From a virus (lineage: Duplodnaviria; Caudoviricetes), in the IMG/VR virus record IMGVR_UViG_3300002091_000014, positions 1 to 37,322 of that record: DNA of 37,322 bases; one strand, 5' to 3'. The notes under the pieces were generated by a model that saw only the letters and a program-made list of their open reading frames with translations, was not told where the DNA came from and made no database searches. Shown piece by piece: positions 1 through 7,982 of this stretch. The first letter of the stretch is position 1. Each line of letters starts with the position of its first letter. A program made the translations under genes and the position numbers.

Positions 1-80
1 CAGCCATAGGAAAACCCGTCGCCGTCATGGCTTGCCCAGTCATGCTTCGGCGTCAGGCTGAAAACCTTGGTCTCTTCGTT
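1..80. repeat. Terminal direct repeat copy 1 (assembly circularisation overlap)
   Basis: cagccatagg...tctcttcgtt is identical to 37243-37322 and lies inside the terL frame. Confidence 0.95.
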
Positions 81-1259
81 GAATTCGTACTGCCAGGCGC
101 GCAACGCCTCGAGGCCGGGCTCGCAAACATCTGAGAACTCGACCCGCTTGATCAGCCGCCTGGCTGCGTTTACCCGGTGCTCGATGGAGCTGCTCGGGGT
201 GATCGCGATCTTGTCGTGGCCGAATGCCTTGACGAAGATCTCGATCGCGCTGTGCTTTGCTGCAAACGTCTTGGCGCGCGCGTCGTGCGGCAGCCAGATC
301 TTCCCGAGCTTCCTGCCCGAGAGCTTCTTCTGGATCCGCTCGACCCACGCGTCGGCATCCATGCCCCAGCCGCCGTCATAGTCGACGATCGAATAGCCGC
401 CGACCTTCGGCTGCCAGAACCACCAGCTCGCCGCGTCGCGCCGCCCGATGTCCGCGCTGATCTCGATCGGTGCGCCCAGGCGGTCATACTCGACATGCGG
501 ACCGATGCGCCCTTCTTTCTCCGCGACCCCGATGGATCTAGCGAGGATCGCGCCCATGTTGGCCGCGTCGAAGGAGCAAAGATATTCCTGCTCGTACTTC
601 GCCCGGCCGTACTCTTCGCCAAACTCGTTGATGTAGGCCAGGAGCTCCGCGGCCAGCTGCCCCTCGGAGAACACTCCGGTTTCTGTCGCTGCGAGGATCT
701 GGGCGAATGCCGTGGGATCCTTCCTTGCGGCCATCAACGTCTTGTGCGCATGGTTCCTGCCCCGGGACGTGGTGATGAACACCTGCCAGCCGCCGTTCTC
801 GGCCAGAATCGGCCTGAGATACGCCCGAGCAGCTGGATTGGCCAGCGCCCATTCCGAGTAAACGATCCCGGCCGGCGTGGAGCCCACCAGGCTGTTGAAC
901 GAATCCGACCCGACTACCTGCCAGGTTGAGCCGTTCTTGAACTCGATCATCATCTCCTGGCCGCGCGTGTTCTTGCGCAACTCAGGGGGGAATGCTTCGT
1001 CGATCCGCTTCTTGCCCGTGTGCGGGTTCACCGCATCCCAGATCGCCTTTCGCGCTTGGGAGTACTCCGGCAACATGTGCCAATACCCAGCCACCCGCTC
1101 AAACGCCGCACAGGCGGCGCGATGAAGCGCGATTTCGTCTTTTCCCGAACGGCGATGCCAAACCAGCTCGGCGTGCTTTCCCCCTCGTTCGAGGTAATTC
1201 CACGCCGGCAGCTGGTAATCGCGTGGCCGCCAGTTATGCGGCAGCTGGATTACCGGCAT
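1..1259 (-). CDS. terL: Terminase large subunit, 5' part; continues across the origin to 37101, about 466 aa in total
   Basis: Not in the ORF track; translated by hand from ATG 1259: MPVIQLPHNWRPRDYQ...WHRRSGKD (Walker A), GIVYSEWA (Walker B), FITTSRG (motif III), ISADIGRRD and HDWASHDGDGFSY (RNase H-like nuclease motifs). Confidence 0.93.
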   Translation of the reverse strand, partial: MPVIQLPHNWRPRDYQLPAWNYLERGGKHAELVWHRRSGKDEIALHRAACAAFERVAGYWHMLPEYSQARKAIWDAVNPHTGKKRIDEAFPPELRKNTRGQEMMIEFKNGSTWQVVGSDSFNSLVGSTPAGIVYSEWALANPAARAYLRPILAENGGWQVFITTSRGRNHAHKTLMAARKDPTAFAQILAATETGVFSEGQLAAELLAYINEFGEEYGRAKYEQEYLCSFDAANMGAILARSIGVAEKEGRIGPHVEYDRLGAPIEISADIGRRDAASWWFWQPKVGGYSIVDYDGGWGMDADAWVERIQKKLSGRKLGKIWLPHDARAKTFAAKHSAIEIFVKAFGHDKIAITPSSSIEHRVNAARRLIKRVEFSDVCEPGLEALRAWQYEFNEETKVFSLTPKHDWASHDGDGFSYG

Positions 1260-1578
1260 CGCTGAATCGCAGGATCTGCACCGTCAGCGCACCGCCGTCT
1301 TTTCCGGTCACCTCGGTGGCGGAGAGTCGTGGGTGGATGTACGGCGCTGCATCCTTGGCGACACTTGCAGCCTCACGCAGCTGGCCGTTGTCACGCAGGA
1401 ACATCATCGCCTCGAGCATGACCTCGAGAGGCGTCAAGCCAGTTTCAGCCGCACGATCGGCTATTTTCCGGGTCTTCTTGGTAGTCGATCCCTTCTTGCG
1501 CCCTGATCCAGGACGCGCACCGCCGCGCTTTGAAATGGTTTGATTGTTTTCAATCGCGGCATTTTGGGGTTTGCCCAT
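1234..1578 (-). CDS. terS: Terminase small subunit-like protein
   Basis: RGGARPGSGRKKG N-terminal motif, TPLEVMLEAM, APYIHPRL and EVTGKDGGAL tail; directly upstream of and overlapping terL. Confidence 0.75.
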   Translation of the reverse strand: MGKPQNAAIENNQTISKRGGARPGSGRKKGSTTKKTRKIADRAAETGLTPLEVMLEAMMFLRDNGQLREAASVAKDAAPYIHPRLSATEVTGKDGGALTVQILRFSDAGNPAAA

Positions 1579-1591
1579 GAATGCCTCGCAG

Positions 1592-1617
1592 AAATAAAAA
1601 AACCCACCGAAGTGGGC
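1592..1617 (-). terminator. Rho-independent terminator upstream of terS
   Basis: Minus strand GCCCAC-TTCG-GTGGGT followed by a T run. Confidence 0.75.
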
Positions 1618-1653
1618 GAAGGTCCGAGGGGTCTCGGCACCGGAGGAGAAATG

Positions 1654-1679
1654 AAAAAAGCCCCGCGTTTGCGAGGCTT
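1654..1679 (-). terminator. Rho-independent terminator (tR'-like) after the late promoter
   Basis: Minus strand AAGCCTCGC-AAAC-GCGGGGCTT followed by TTTT. Confidence 0.75.
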
Positions 1680-1715
1680 ACGTTTTGTTTGGGCGTGCGA
1701 AGACGCCTTGGCGTG

Positions 1716-1744
1716 ATTATCGGGCAGGATTTTGATCAGCGCAA
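1716..1744 (-). promoter_or_regulatory. Putative late promoter (PR'-like)
   Basis: Minus strand TTGCGC-17 bp-GATAAT, downstream of the Q-like gene and followed by two terminators before terS. Confidence 0.6.
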
Positions 1745-1980
1745 GGGGTTTTGTTTTCCTGCTGCATCTTTTTCCACAGGACGTTGTTGCCCATAACCTT
1801 TTGCCAATCCTCGACGGTCATGGATTCAACTAGCTCCTTCAACCTTAGCGTAATTTCCCGTTCTTTTTTTTCCCGCGCAGATGCTATCAACGCCAAAAGC
1901 CATATTCCTGCGATTCCTCCCATGACAAGCATTGCTAACCCGAAGACACAAAGCAGGGCTATCTGCGGTCCGTTCATCAC
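1717..1980 (-). CDS. Hypothetical protein with N-terminal transmembrane segment
   Basis: 87 aa with a long hydrophobic N-terminus; ATGA coupling with the upstream gene. Confidence 0.55.
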   Translation of the reverse strand: MMNGPQIALLCVFGLAMLVMGGIAGIWLLALIASAREKKEREITLRLKELVESMTVEDWQKVMGNNVLWKKMQQENKTPCADQNPAR

Positions 1981-2351
1981 GACACCAGATTGCGGCGGAT
2001 GAACATCGGCAACAGGGCATCTTTTGCAGCCTTGTACATGGCATGCTGTTCTTCGCTGGTCATGCGCCCAGACCGGAATACCTTGTTTCCTACCGACCGG
2101 TTTGCCGCATGGAGGCCGACAGCAGCCCGCAGGAGGACATCCAGCGTGTTCAAGCAGGCTTCGACCTGTTCCGCTGTGTACCTGGCTAATTTTGCGTCTC
2201 GATCGTCGTTATCGTCGTAAACCTCATGCGTCTGGGCGTGGACGAATCCGGGGGAAACGCGGGAATAGCCAAGCTGCTCACGGTGGGATTTCGACCAATG
2301 GAACCAGACCATCACCAGCTCCTCGATCTGTTCCGATTCATCCTGAGTCAT
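1977..2351 (-). CDS. Putative late antitermination protein Q-like
   Basis: Likely start MTQDESEQIEELVMVWFHW...LGYSRVSPGF; Q-like size, and last large early gene before a promoter-terminator arrangement. Confidence 0.5.
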   Translation of the reverse strand: MTQDESEQIEELVMVWFHWSKSHREQLGYSRVSPGFVHAQTHEVYDDNDDRDAKLARYTAEQVEACLNTLDVLLRAAVGLHAANRSVGNKVFRSGRMTSEEQHAMYKAAKDALLPMFIRRNLVS

Positions 2352-2557
2352 GCTTCCCCCGATTTGAAAAGCTCGCACCTGGTGCCGAACTGCCGTTTGC
2401 TGAATGTGCATCTGAATTCCACCTCCCCATGTTTTCCCGAGTGAATGCGCTTGTGAATGCAATTGCCACATTCCCTTTCTTTCCTCTGGGCGATTGCTTC
2501 GCGCCTTGCTGCTACCCCGAAGGGGTCTCCACGCTCCCATTGCTCGTAGTCGGGCAT
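2348..2557 (-). CDS. Small Cys-rich hypothetical protein
   Basis: CGNCIH...C...C pattern; translationally coupled on both sides. Confidence 0.6.
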   Translation of the reverse strand: MPDYEQWERGDPFGVAARREAIAQRKERECGNCIHKRIHSGKHGEVEFRCTFSKRQFGTRCELFKSGEA

Positions 2558-2895
2558 CAGAACTCCTCGATCTGCCAGCCGCCCCCATCCTTCTTAGCCC
2601 GGGGCTTCACGGCGATGAACTTGAACGGGTAGGCATCAGCTGCGACCTTGATCTTGACCCGAGCGTCGTCCTGCCAGAAGCCTTTGACCTCATGGAGCTC
2701 GATCTGGCCATTGGCAAGCATCACCGCGAAGTCCGGGGTGTAGAACGTGTTGTCGGCCAGCCTGAACTTCATGCCCTCAAAGCGATACCAGAGGATCAGG
2801 CCGACTGCCTGCTGCTGCTGAAGGAAGGATTCGTAGGCCGCTTCCGTCCGATTTCTTTCGCCAGTCTTAAGCCGTCCGAGGGCGAACATTTTCAC
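2557..2895 (-). CDS. DUF1064-like PD-(D/E)xK endonuclease, possible resolvase
   Basis: YTPDF...ELHEVKG motif. Confidence 0.75.
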   Translation of the reverse strand: MKMFALGRLKTGERNRTEAAYESFLQQQQAVGLILWYRFEGMKFRLADNTFYTPDFAVMLANGQIELHEVKGFWQDDARVKIKVAADAYPFKFIAVKPRAKKDGGGWQIEEF

Positions 2896-3158
2896 GATGC
2901 AAGCCTCCGAAGCGTCTCGTTGATGGCCGATATTTCAGTCATCTTTGCGTTTTTCCACCGCGCACGAGTGCCATGCCATCCACCAGGGCCACGGTGACAA
3001 TCCGGACAGACCGCAATGCTGGCAAACCATGCGCCCTGCTCCGGCTCGTGGGCTTCGCTGGGTCCTGGAGCGTCACACACTACGCAGTCCAGCTGCTTGA
3101 CTGAGGAAACGTGTCGGCGCTCGGCTGCGGTCATTGGTTGCTTGTTCTTGGACTGCAT
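2892..3158 (-). CDS. Ref-like / HNH-type Zn-binding nuclease of the nin region
   Basis: Likely start MQSKNKQ; ERRHV..VKQLDCVVC...EAHE...VCPDCHRG..GWHG. Confidence 0.6.
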   Translation of the reverse strand: MQSKNKQPMTAAERRHVSSVKQLDCVVCDAPGPSEAHEPEQGAWFASIAVCPDCHRGPGGWHGTRARWKNAKMTEISAINETLRRLAS

Positions 3159-3616
3159 CAGGTTTCCTCCACGAAGCACTCGGCCATCCGCTCGATCTGC
3201 TCGGCACTCAGATCCGGCCAGTAGCGCTCGGCAACGTACCGGCACATCGAGCGCGCAACGTCCTGGTATTCGCCCTCGTCCATTGATTCGAATGACAGGC
3301 TCCTGGGCACCTTGGCCATAACGACGCCGACGTTGGGCATGGTGAGCGCAAGCTGCTCGCAGGCAATGTTTCCCTCGAGTTGGATCCGCTTGAGCGCCGT
3401 GTGGGCGTCCATGCCCTGAAATGCGTCGATGTTGGCGACCACCAGCTGGCCGATCCGGTGCACCAGGCGGTTGAATTTCGCGTTGCGCAGCTTGGTCAGC
3501 TTTCCCTTCAGGACGTCGCCCACCTTGAAGCGCCGGGTGCGCAGCTGGCCGGCCGCGTAGGAATCTGCGGGGACCAGGACGCCCTTGTCGACGCGGAGGT
3601 AGACGGATTCGCTCAT
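3158..3616 (-). CDS. DUF1367/NinB-like protein
   Basis: Likely start MSESVYLRVDKGVLVPAD; RNAKFNRLVH and PRSLSFESMDEGEY motifs. Confidence 0.6.
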   Translation of the reverse strand: MSESVYLRVDKGVLVPADSYAAGQLRTRRFKVGDVLKGKLTKLRNAKFNRLVHRIGQLVVANIDAFQGMDAHTALKRIQLEGNIACEQLALTMPNVGVVMAKVPRSLSFESMDEGEYQDVARSMCRYVAERYWPDLSAEQIERMAECFVEET

Positions 3617-4089
3617 GCTGCCGCCTTGACCTCGATGCCGAGCGCCTTGCGGTAGCAAAAAATCTGATACATCCCGAGCTTTTCGCCGCCGTCGTGCCGG
3701 GCCTTCAGGTGCTTGGCCCAGCCGAGCGGATCTCCATGGCTATCCCGACTCGACGAGGATCGGATCGCGGTAGCCGCGATCTTGGCCATTTCCGCATCGA
3801 CGATCTTCGGATCGACCTTCGGGGCATCCAGCTGCAGCGCCTGCCACTGTGGCGCCTGCCGGCAAAGCATCTTGAATTCGATCAAATTCGGGGCGCGCGC
3901 CGGAAGGTTTTCAAGCGCCCAAGCGATGCAATTCAACCGCGGCTTATCATCGAACGATGCGAGCTCGTGGGCCCAGAGGGATTTCACCGGGACGATCTCC
4001 TGTCCTTCCCACTTCCCCATGAACTCGCGCCCATAGGTCGCCGTCAACCTGGTGAAGATCCGTTCAACGGCTTCCGATCGCAGTGACAT
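3613..4089 (-). CDS. Replication protein in the lambda P position (putative helicase loader)
   Basis: Likely start MSLRSEAVERIFTRLTATYG; PNLIEFKMLC motif; immediately follows the initiator. Confidence 0.55.
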   Translation of the reverse strand: MSLRSEAVERIFTRLTATYGREFMGKWEGQEIVPVKSLWAHELASFDDKPRLNCIAWALENLPARAPNLIEFKMLCRQAPQWQALQLDAPKVDPKIVDAEMAKIAATAIRSSSSRDSHGDPLGWAKHLKARHDGGEKLGMYQIFCYRKALGIEVKAAA

Positions 4090-4903
4090 TTTGCCCTCCG
4101 TCGATGATGGTGATTGCTGGCGACTCGGCGGCTGGTGCCTTGCGTGCCAGTGCTGGTGCGAACTCCGCAACACGCTCACGCGTTGCGCGCTGATACGGGG
4201 TTTCGTGTGGGATTGGCGGTGATGCGCGCGCGTTCTCCGCCATCTGCGTTTGATCCTGCAGCTGCTTTGCAACAATCCCGAGCACGTAGTCAAAGCCCTT
4301 GCCCTTGCTCTTGGCGATGTCTGCTGCGGCATCGAACGCCCCGATGTGCATGCCGGCCGCCAGCAGGTCGAGCAGTTTCTGGTGGCCTGGATTCACGGTT
4401 CCAAATCCCTTGGACCGCAAAAGCACACACACAGCTCCGGCTTCTGTCACTCCTGGTGAAGATTCTTCTGTGTGTGTAGTTAGACTGGTGACTGGTGACT
4501 GGTGACTGGTGTCTGGTGTCTGGTGAGCATTGCCTTCGGTATGCGTTCGCATAGCGTTCGCATTGCCTTCGGTATGCGACCTTGGCTTATTCCAGCGTGC
4601 CTCAGCACTGCGTTTCGCTTTCGCCTGTTTGTCCTGAAAGCGTGATATTTCCTCGTCGCAGCGCCTGTTGTGCCATCCGTCTGCATCCAGGATGAAAAAC
4701 TCATCCAGGACCGTGGAAACAGCTTCTTTTTCTTCCTTCGTTCTGGCGCCCACCAGTCGTTGGATAATTTTTTTATCTGACGGCAGAGGCTGCTCGGTTG
4801 AATAATATTTGCGAATCAGCCTCGTGTAAGCCGCGTCTTCGACAAATGAAAGGTGTGCGGTTGCCTCGGCGTAGTCGCCGATGTGGTGTTCGTAATAGTT
4901 CAA
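4064..4903 (-). CDS. Replication initiator, DUF1376/YdaU family
   Basis: TTG start; NYYEHHIGDY..TAHLSFVEDAAYTRLI..YY...GWHNRRCDEEI; carries an internal iteron-like array. Confidence 0.85.
   Translation of the reverse strand: MNYYEHHIGDYAEATAHLSFVEDAAYTRLIRKYYSTEQPLPSDKKIIQRLVGARTKEEKEAVSTVLDEFFILDADGWHNRRCDEEISRFQDKQAKAKRSAEARWNKPRSHTEGNANAMRTHTEGNAHQTPDTSHQSPVTSLTTHTEESSPGVTEAGAVCVLLRSKGFGTVNPGHQKLLDLLAAGMHIGAFDAAADIAKSKGKGFDYVLGIVAKQLQDQTQMAENARASPPIPHETPYQRATRERVAEFAPALARKAPAAESPAITIIDGGQNVTAIGSR
4483..4581. repeat. Putative replication origin: six G(A/T)CTGGT heptamers (4483-4524) and five 11-bp iteron-like units (4527-4581)
   Basis: GACTGGT x4 then GTCTGGT x2; then GCATTGCCTTC, GGTATGCGTTC, GCATAGCGTTC, GCATTGCCTTC, GGTATGCGACC. 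Confidence 0.75.
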
Positions 4904-5199
4904 AACAGAGCCCCTTGCCCGACAATTGGAAGGCCGACAGGCCGCACGGTGATGCCGCTAACGCGGTCCTTGCGCCTGGGCTTTTCGACCAGGTCGCGGG
5001 TATCGTTCACCAGCTCGTTGACGCGCGCGCTGACGGTGGACTTCTCCAGGCCGAGGGAGCGGGCAATCTCGCCGATCGACCAGTCCCCACCCCGCGACGC
5101 GATGAACTGCAGGACGCGCTCGCGCTGCTGGGCCGACTTCCCGGTCCCGCGGTGAAGGTGGAACGCATCGATGCTGGTTTCCTGAACGGCTGTGAGCAT
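4900..5199 (-). CDS. Winged-helix DNA-binding protein
   Basis: WSIGEIARSLGLEKSTVSARVNEL HTH. Confidence 0.75.
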   Translation of the reverse strand: MLTAVQETSIDAFHLHRGTGKSAQQRERVLQFIASRGGDWSIGEIARSLGLEKSTVSARVNELVNDTRDLVEKPRRKDRVSGITVRPVGLPIVGQGALF

Positions 5200-5201
5200 G
5201 G

Positions 5202-5624
5202 CTATCCCCTTTTGATCGCGAGATCCTCAGCCCACAGGCGGCGCTCCGTTTCTTTCTGGAGCTGGAATTCGAGATCCTCGATGCGTCGCTCGGCTTCAGT
5301 CTTGAGCATCTGGAGGCTGTAGCCGCGCTTGTAGGCCAGCCATTTGAGCGGTGCCTCGTTGCCGCAAAGCGTCATCAGCTCGTCGATCTTGTTGACCGGG
5401 AAATGGGCGTCGCCCTTCACGATGCGCGACCAGTGGCCGGCGTCGACTCCGAGCGTCATGTAGATTTCTTTGTCATCCAGACCGGACAACTGGGTGCAGA
5501 GCGCGATCGCCCCGATGAAGTTCTTTTGGCGCTTGACGAGCTCCATCGAAACGTCGATCGGAGTGGTCTTTCTCACCAGGGCAAGCTCTGGATGCGCAAC
5601 TGGATGCATATTGTTTGACCGCAT
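5202..5624 (-). CDS. CII-like transcriptional regulator
   Basis: Follows cro; KEIYMTLGVDAGHWSRIVKG HTH and C-terminal coiled coil; GAAGGGGA RBS before ATG 5624. Confidence 0.6.
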   Translation of the reverse strand: MRSNNMHPVAHPELALVRKTTPIDVSMELVKRQKNFIGAIALCTQLSGLDDKEIYMTLGVDAGHWSRIVKGDAHFPVNKIDELMTLCGNEAPLKWLAYKRGYSLQMLKTEAERRIEDLEFQLQKETERRLWAEDLAIKRG

Positions 5625-5663
5625 TTGACTGTCCCCTTCATTCAAAAAAAGACGATCATTCGC

Positions 5664-5897
5664 TCAGGCGGCCTGCGACTCTGCAAGCTCAGGCCAAATG
5701 GTCTGCCAGGTATCGGGCCACATGGCTTTGCGAGTCACAACGCCATTTGTGGCCTTTTCGATCGGGGCTCCGTAATCGGTCGGCACATTGCCGCGATTGA
5801 TCCAAGCCCAGACGGCCTGGTGGCTGACGCCAAGTTGATCAGCGAGCGCTTTTTGCGAGCCGGCGATCTCAACGGCTTGGAGTATGTGAGCTTTCAT
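5664..5897 (-). CDS. cro: Cro-like (YdaS family) regulator
   Basis: GSQKALADQLGVSHQAVWAW HTH and IEKATNGVVTR..MWPD; divergent from cI. Confidence 0.85.
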   Translation of the reverse strand: MKAHILQAVEIAGSQKALADQLGVSHQAVWAWINRGNVPTDYGAPIEKATNGVVTRKAMWPDTWQTIWPELAESQAA

Positions 5898-5903
5898 TCC
5901 GTC

Positions 5904-5967
5904 ACTCTACAGTTGTTGAGTTGTGTTTGTCAACGTTTGTAGCGTGACCTTTGTCTACAACTGTGGA
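5904..5967. promoter_or_regulatory. Right operator region: three 14-bp operators and the PR promoter
   Basis: TCTACAGTTGTTGA (5906-5919), TCAACGTTTGTAGC (5930-5943) and TCTACAACTGTGGA (5954-5967) at 24-bp spacing; minus strand TTGACA(5933-5928)-18 bp-TAGAGT(5909-5904). Confidence 0.85.
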
Positions 5968-5978
5968 ACTATCGCGAA

Positions 5979-6725
5979 ATGAGTTTGGGAACGCGAATCG
6001 AAGAACGGCTGAAGGAGCTTGATAAGAATCAGGCTTGGCTGTGCACGCAAGTCGAAGGGCTTGAGATTGGAACCCTTAATGCGCTTGTCCGCCGAAAGAG
6101 CAATAAATCAGCGTTTGCTTCCAGCATCGCTAACGCACTGGGCGTGAGTCTTGAATGGCTTCTCTCTGGCGACGACCAGACATCTGGATCCGCCAAACCG
6201 AAATGGCATCAAAACCCAGGACGCAGCCCCGATATTCTGCGAGAGCTCGGCCGGAAGAGACGAGAAGCAGAAGCTGCTGCGACGGAAAATGTCACTCCAC
6301 TCGAAATTTCAGACATCAAAATCCCGCTGATCTCATGGGTTCAGGCAGGGAACTTAGCTGAGGTAATAGATATTTATCAGGCAGGACAGGCAGACGATTG
6401 GGTGACACCGATTCACTCGAAGCCAGGCAAAAGCGTATTTGCGCTCCGGGTTGAGGGGGACAGCATGACCGGTGGATCCAACGGGGTTGATTTCCCGCAC
6501 GGTTGCGTGATCCTGGTTGATCCGGACCGGGCGCCCAAGAGTGGCGATTATGTCGTCGCGAAAGATGTGACCACCCAGAAAGCGACTTTCAAGAAGCTCA
6601 CGACCGATGGCGTGAGCTGGTTCCTCAGGCCATTAAACCCGGCCTACCCGACGCGCGAGATCGATGACCCGGCGCTGAGAGTGATTGGCGTGGTTATTGA
6701 GTGGCAACTGGGCGGAAAGCTGTAG
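5979..6725 (+). CDS. cI: CI-like repressor (HTH plus S24 peptidase)
   Basis: N-terminal HTH; IPLISWVQAG cleavage site, LRVEGDSM (Ser) and ATFKKL (Lys). Confidence 0.92.
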   Translation: MSLGTRIEERLKELDKNQAWLCTQVEGLEIGTLNALVRRKSNKSAFASSIANALGVSLEWLLSGDDQTSGSAKPKWHQNPGRSPDILRELGRKRREAEAAATENVTPLEISDIKIPLISWVQAGNLAEVIDIYQAGQADDWVTPIHSKPGKSVFALRVEGDSMTGGSNGVDFPHGCVILVDPDRAPKSGDYVVAKDVTTQKATFKKLTTDGVSWFLRPLNPAYPTREIDDPALRVIGVVIEWQLGGKL

Positions 6726-6775
6726 CCATATCCTCTCGTATCTATACTCACAATTCCGGCATAAAAGAGATCGCC

Positions 6776-7057
6776 ATGATGAAAACTCGGCTGATAGCTT
6801 CACTTCTGGCAACCGGTATAGCGCTCCTGAGCGGCTGCGCAAATCAACAAATTATCTGGGATAAGGCGGGCGGCAACCAGGACGAATTCAACAAAGACAA
6901 TTACAAATGCATGCAGGAGTCGCAGCAGCAAGGTGCCGCTTATATCGGAGCGACGCGCTCGACACCTGCGATGGGAACCAGCCAGGCCGGGATGAACAAG
7001 AGCCTGTACGTCGCCTGTATGCAAGCCCAGGGCTATACCAGCAGGCAACAACAATGA
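6776..7057 (+). CDS. Putative lipoprotein, superinfection-exclusion candidate
   Basis: MMKTRLIASLLATGIALLSG-C lipobox; DNYKC...ACMQAQGY Cys pair; just downstream of cI. Confidence 0.75.
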   Translation: MMKTRLIASLLATGIALLSGCANQQIIWDKAGGNQDEFNKDNYKCMQESQQQGAAYIGATRSTPAMGTSQAGMNKSLYVACMQAQGYTSRQQQ

Positions 7058-7248
7058 AAGATCGGTTTGCGAAACTGCTGCGCTGGACTGGAGTTATCTG
7101 GATAGCCTTGTCGTTTCTGTTTGTCCGAGATATTGGCAACCAGTACGGCTACCTCTCCATGTTTTTTTGGGGAATGTGGATTGTTTTTTCCATTCCTGGC
7201 ATTGCCGCTATGGCGATCGCCTGGGTGATGGACGGGAAGAAGGTTTGA
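7054..7248 (+). CDS. Small two-TM membrane protein
   Basis: MKDRFAKLLRWTGVIWIALSFLFV...MFFWGMWIVFSIPGIAAMAIAWVM; ATGA-coupled to the lipoprotein. Confidence 0.65.
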   Translation: MKDRFAKLLRWTGVIWIALSFLFVRDIGNQYGYLSMFFWGMWIVFSIPGIAAMAIAWVMDGKKV

Positions 7249-7255
7249 TTTACGC

Positions 7256-7699
7256 TCAATAGCTGAACGTAAATATTTTTGTGTCGCCGTGGTAAATCGA
7301 AACCCAGCGATTAAGCAAGTCCTGCCCAATCAGCCCATCAATCCCTTGCGGTGATAGGGATGTTTCGATAACCGGGATCGTGTCGATTAAACAACCGACG
7401 CTTTGGTCTACACCAGGGATAAAAATCGAAACATCGTATTGATTGCAGTTGTGCATGACGCCGTTTGTCGATGGCGTGTGGATTGGTACATTCCCAGTCG
7501 GGGTAAGCCCAAGCGCGGCGATCAATGCCGGGTCAATCACGGTCATGCTTGCGCCGGAATCTACCAAAAACTTTCCGATGACTGGGTTTGGAACAGCAAC
7601 CCCGGCCGCAGTCATCGCTTTAAATTTTGGAGTGCTGACGCCAACAAATACGTTGGCAACAGCGCCCATTGGGCCGATCGCAATGCTTATGCTGGGCAT
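7256..7699 (-). CDS. Retropepsin-like (clan AA) aspartic protease
   Basis: FLVDSGASMTVI catalytic motif and GIDGLIGQDLL psi-loop motif; single 147-aa domain. Confidence 0.88.
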   Translation of the reverse strand: MPSISIAIGPMGAVANVFVGVSTPKFKAMTAAGVAVPNPVIGKFLVDSGASMTVIDPALIAALGLTPTGNVPIHTPSTNGVMHNCNQYDVSIFIPGVDQSVGCLIDTIPVIETSLSPQGIDGLIGQDLLNRWVSIYHGDTKIFTFSY

Positions 7700-7929
7700 G
7701 TAGCGGGAAAATCGCGGCTGAAAAAGGCAATCCGCTCCACTTGAGCGATTTGCTTCACAAGAAACGGGTCAAGCTGAAACTTTTCGTATCCGGCTTTGAT
7801 TGCATCTTCATATGTGTCGTAAGTCTCAACCACGGTATCGCCGTGGATCAGGACGAACTTACCCGCATGGCTCAACAAGTCTGGAAGCCTTTGCGTGTAA
7901 GTCTGTAATTCCTTGTCGAGAACGCCCAT
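7687..7929 (-). CDS. DUF5678-like small protein
   Basis: AGGAGA RBS then ATG 7929; LPDLLSHAGKFVLIHGDTVVETYDTYEDAIKAGYEKF..PFLVKQI; overlaps the protease start by 13 nt. Confidence 0.72.
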   Translation of the reverse strand: MGVLDKELQTYTQRLPDLLSHAGKFVLIHGDTVVETYDTYEDAIKAGYEKFQLDPFLVKQIAQVERIAFFSRDFPATCPA

Positions 7930-7982
7930 TCGATTCTCCTGTATGGGATGAAAGTGTACTCCGTGACGATATTTCGCAATAG

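Noticed and set aside
1-80. 80-bp terminal repeat as a biological DTR or att site
   Set aside because: It falls mid-terL and the frame continues through it, which is typical of an assembler circular overlap
1864-1871. Homopolymer tracts as phase-variation switches (also near 7162 and 9003)
   Set aside because: Only 7-8 nt long, reading frames intact, and no supporting evidence
4483-4581. CRISPR-like array
   Set aside because: 7- and 11-bp tandem units without spacers, inside a CDS; no cas genes
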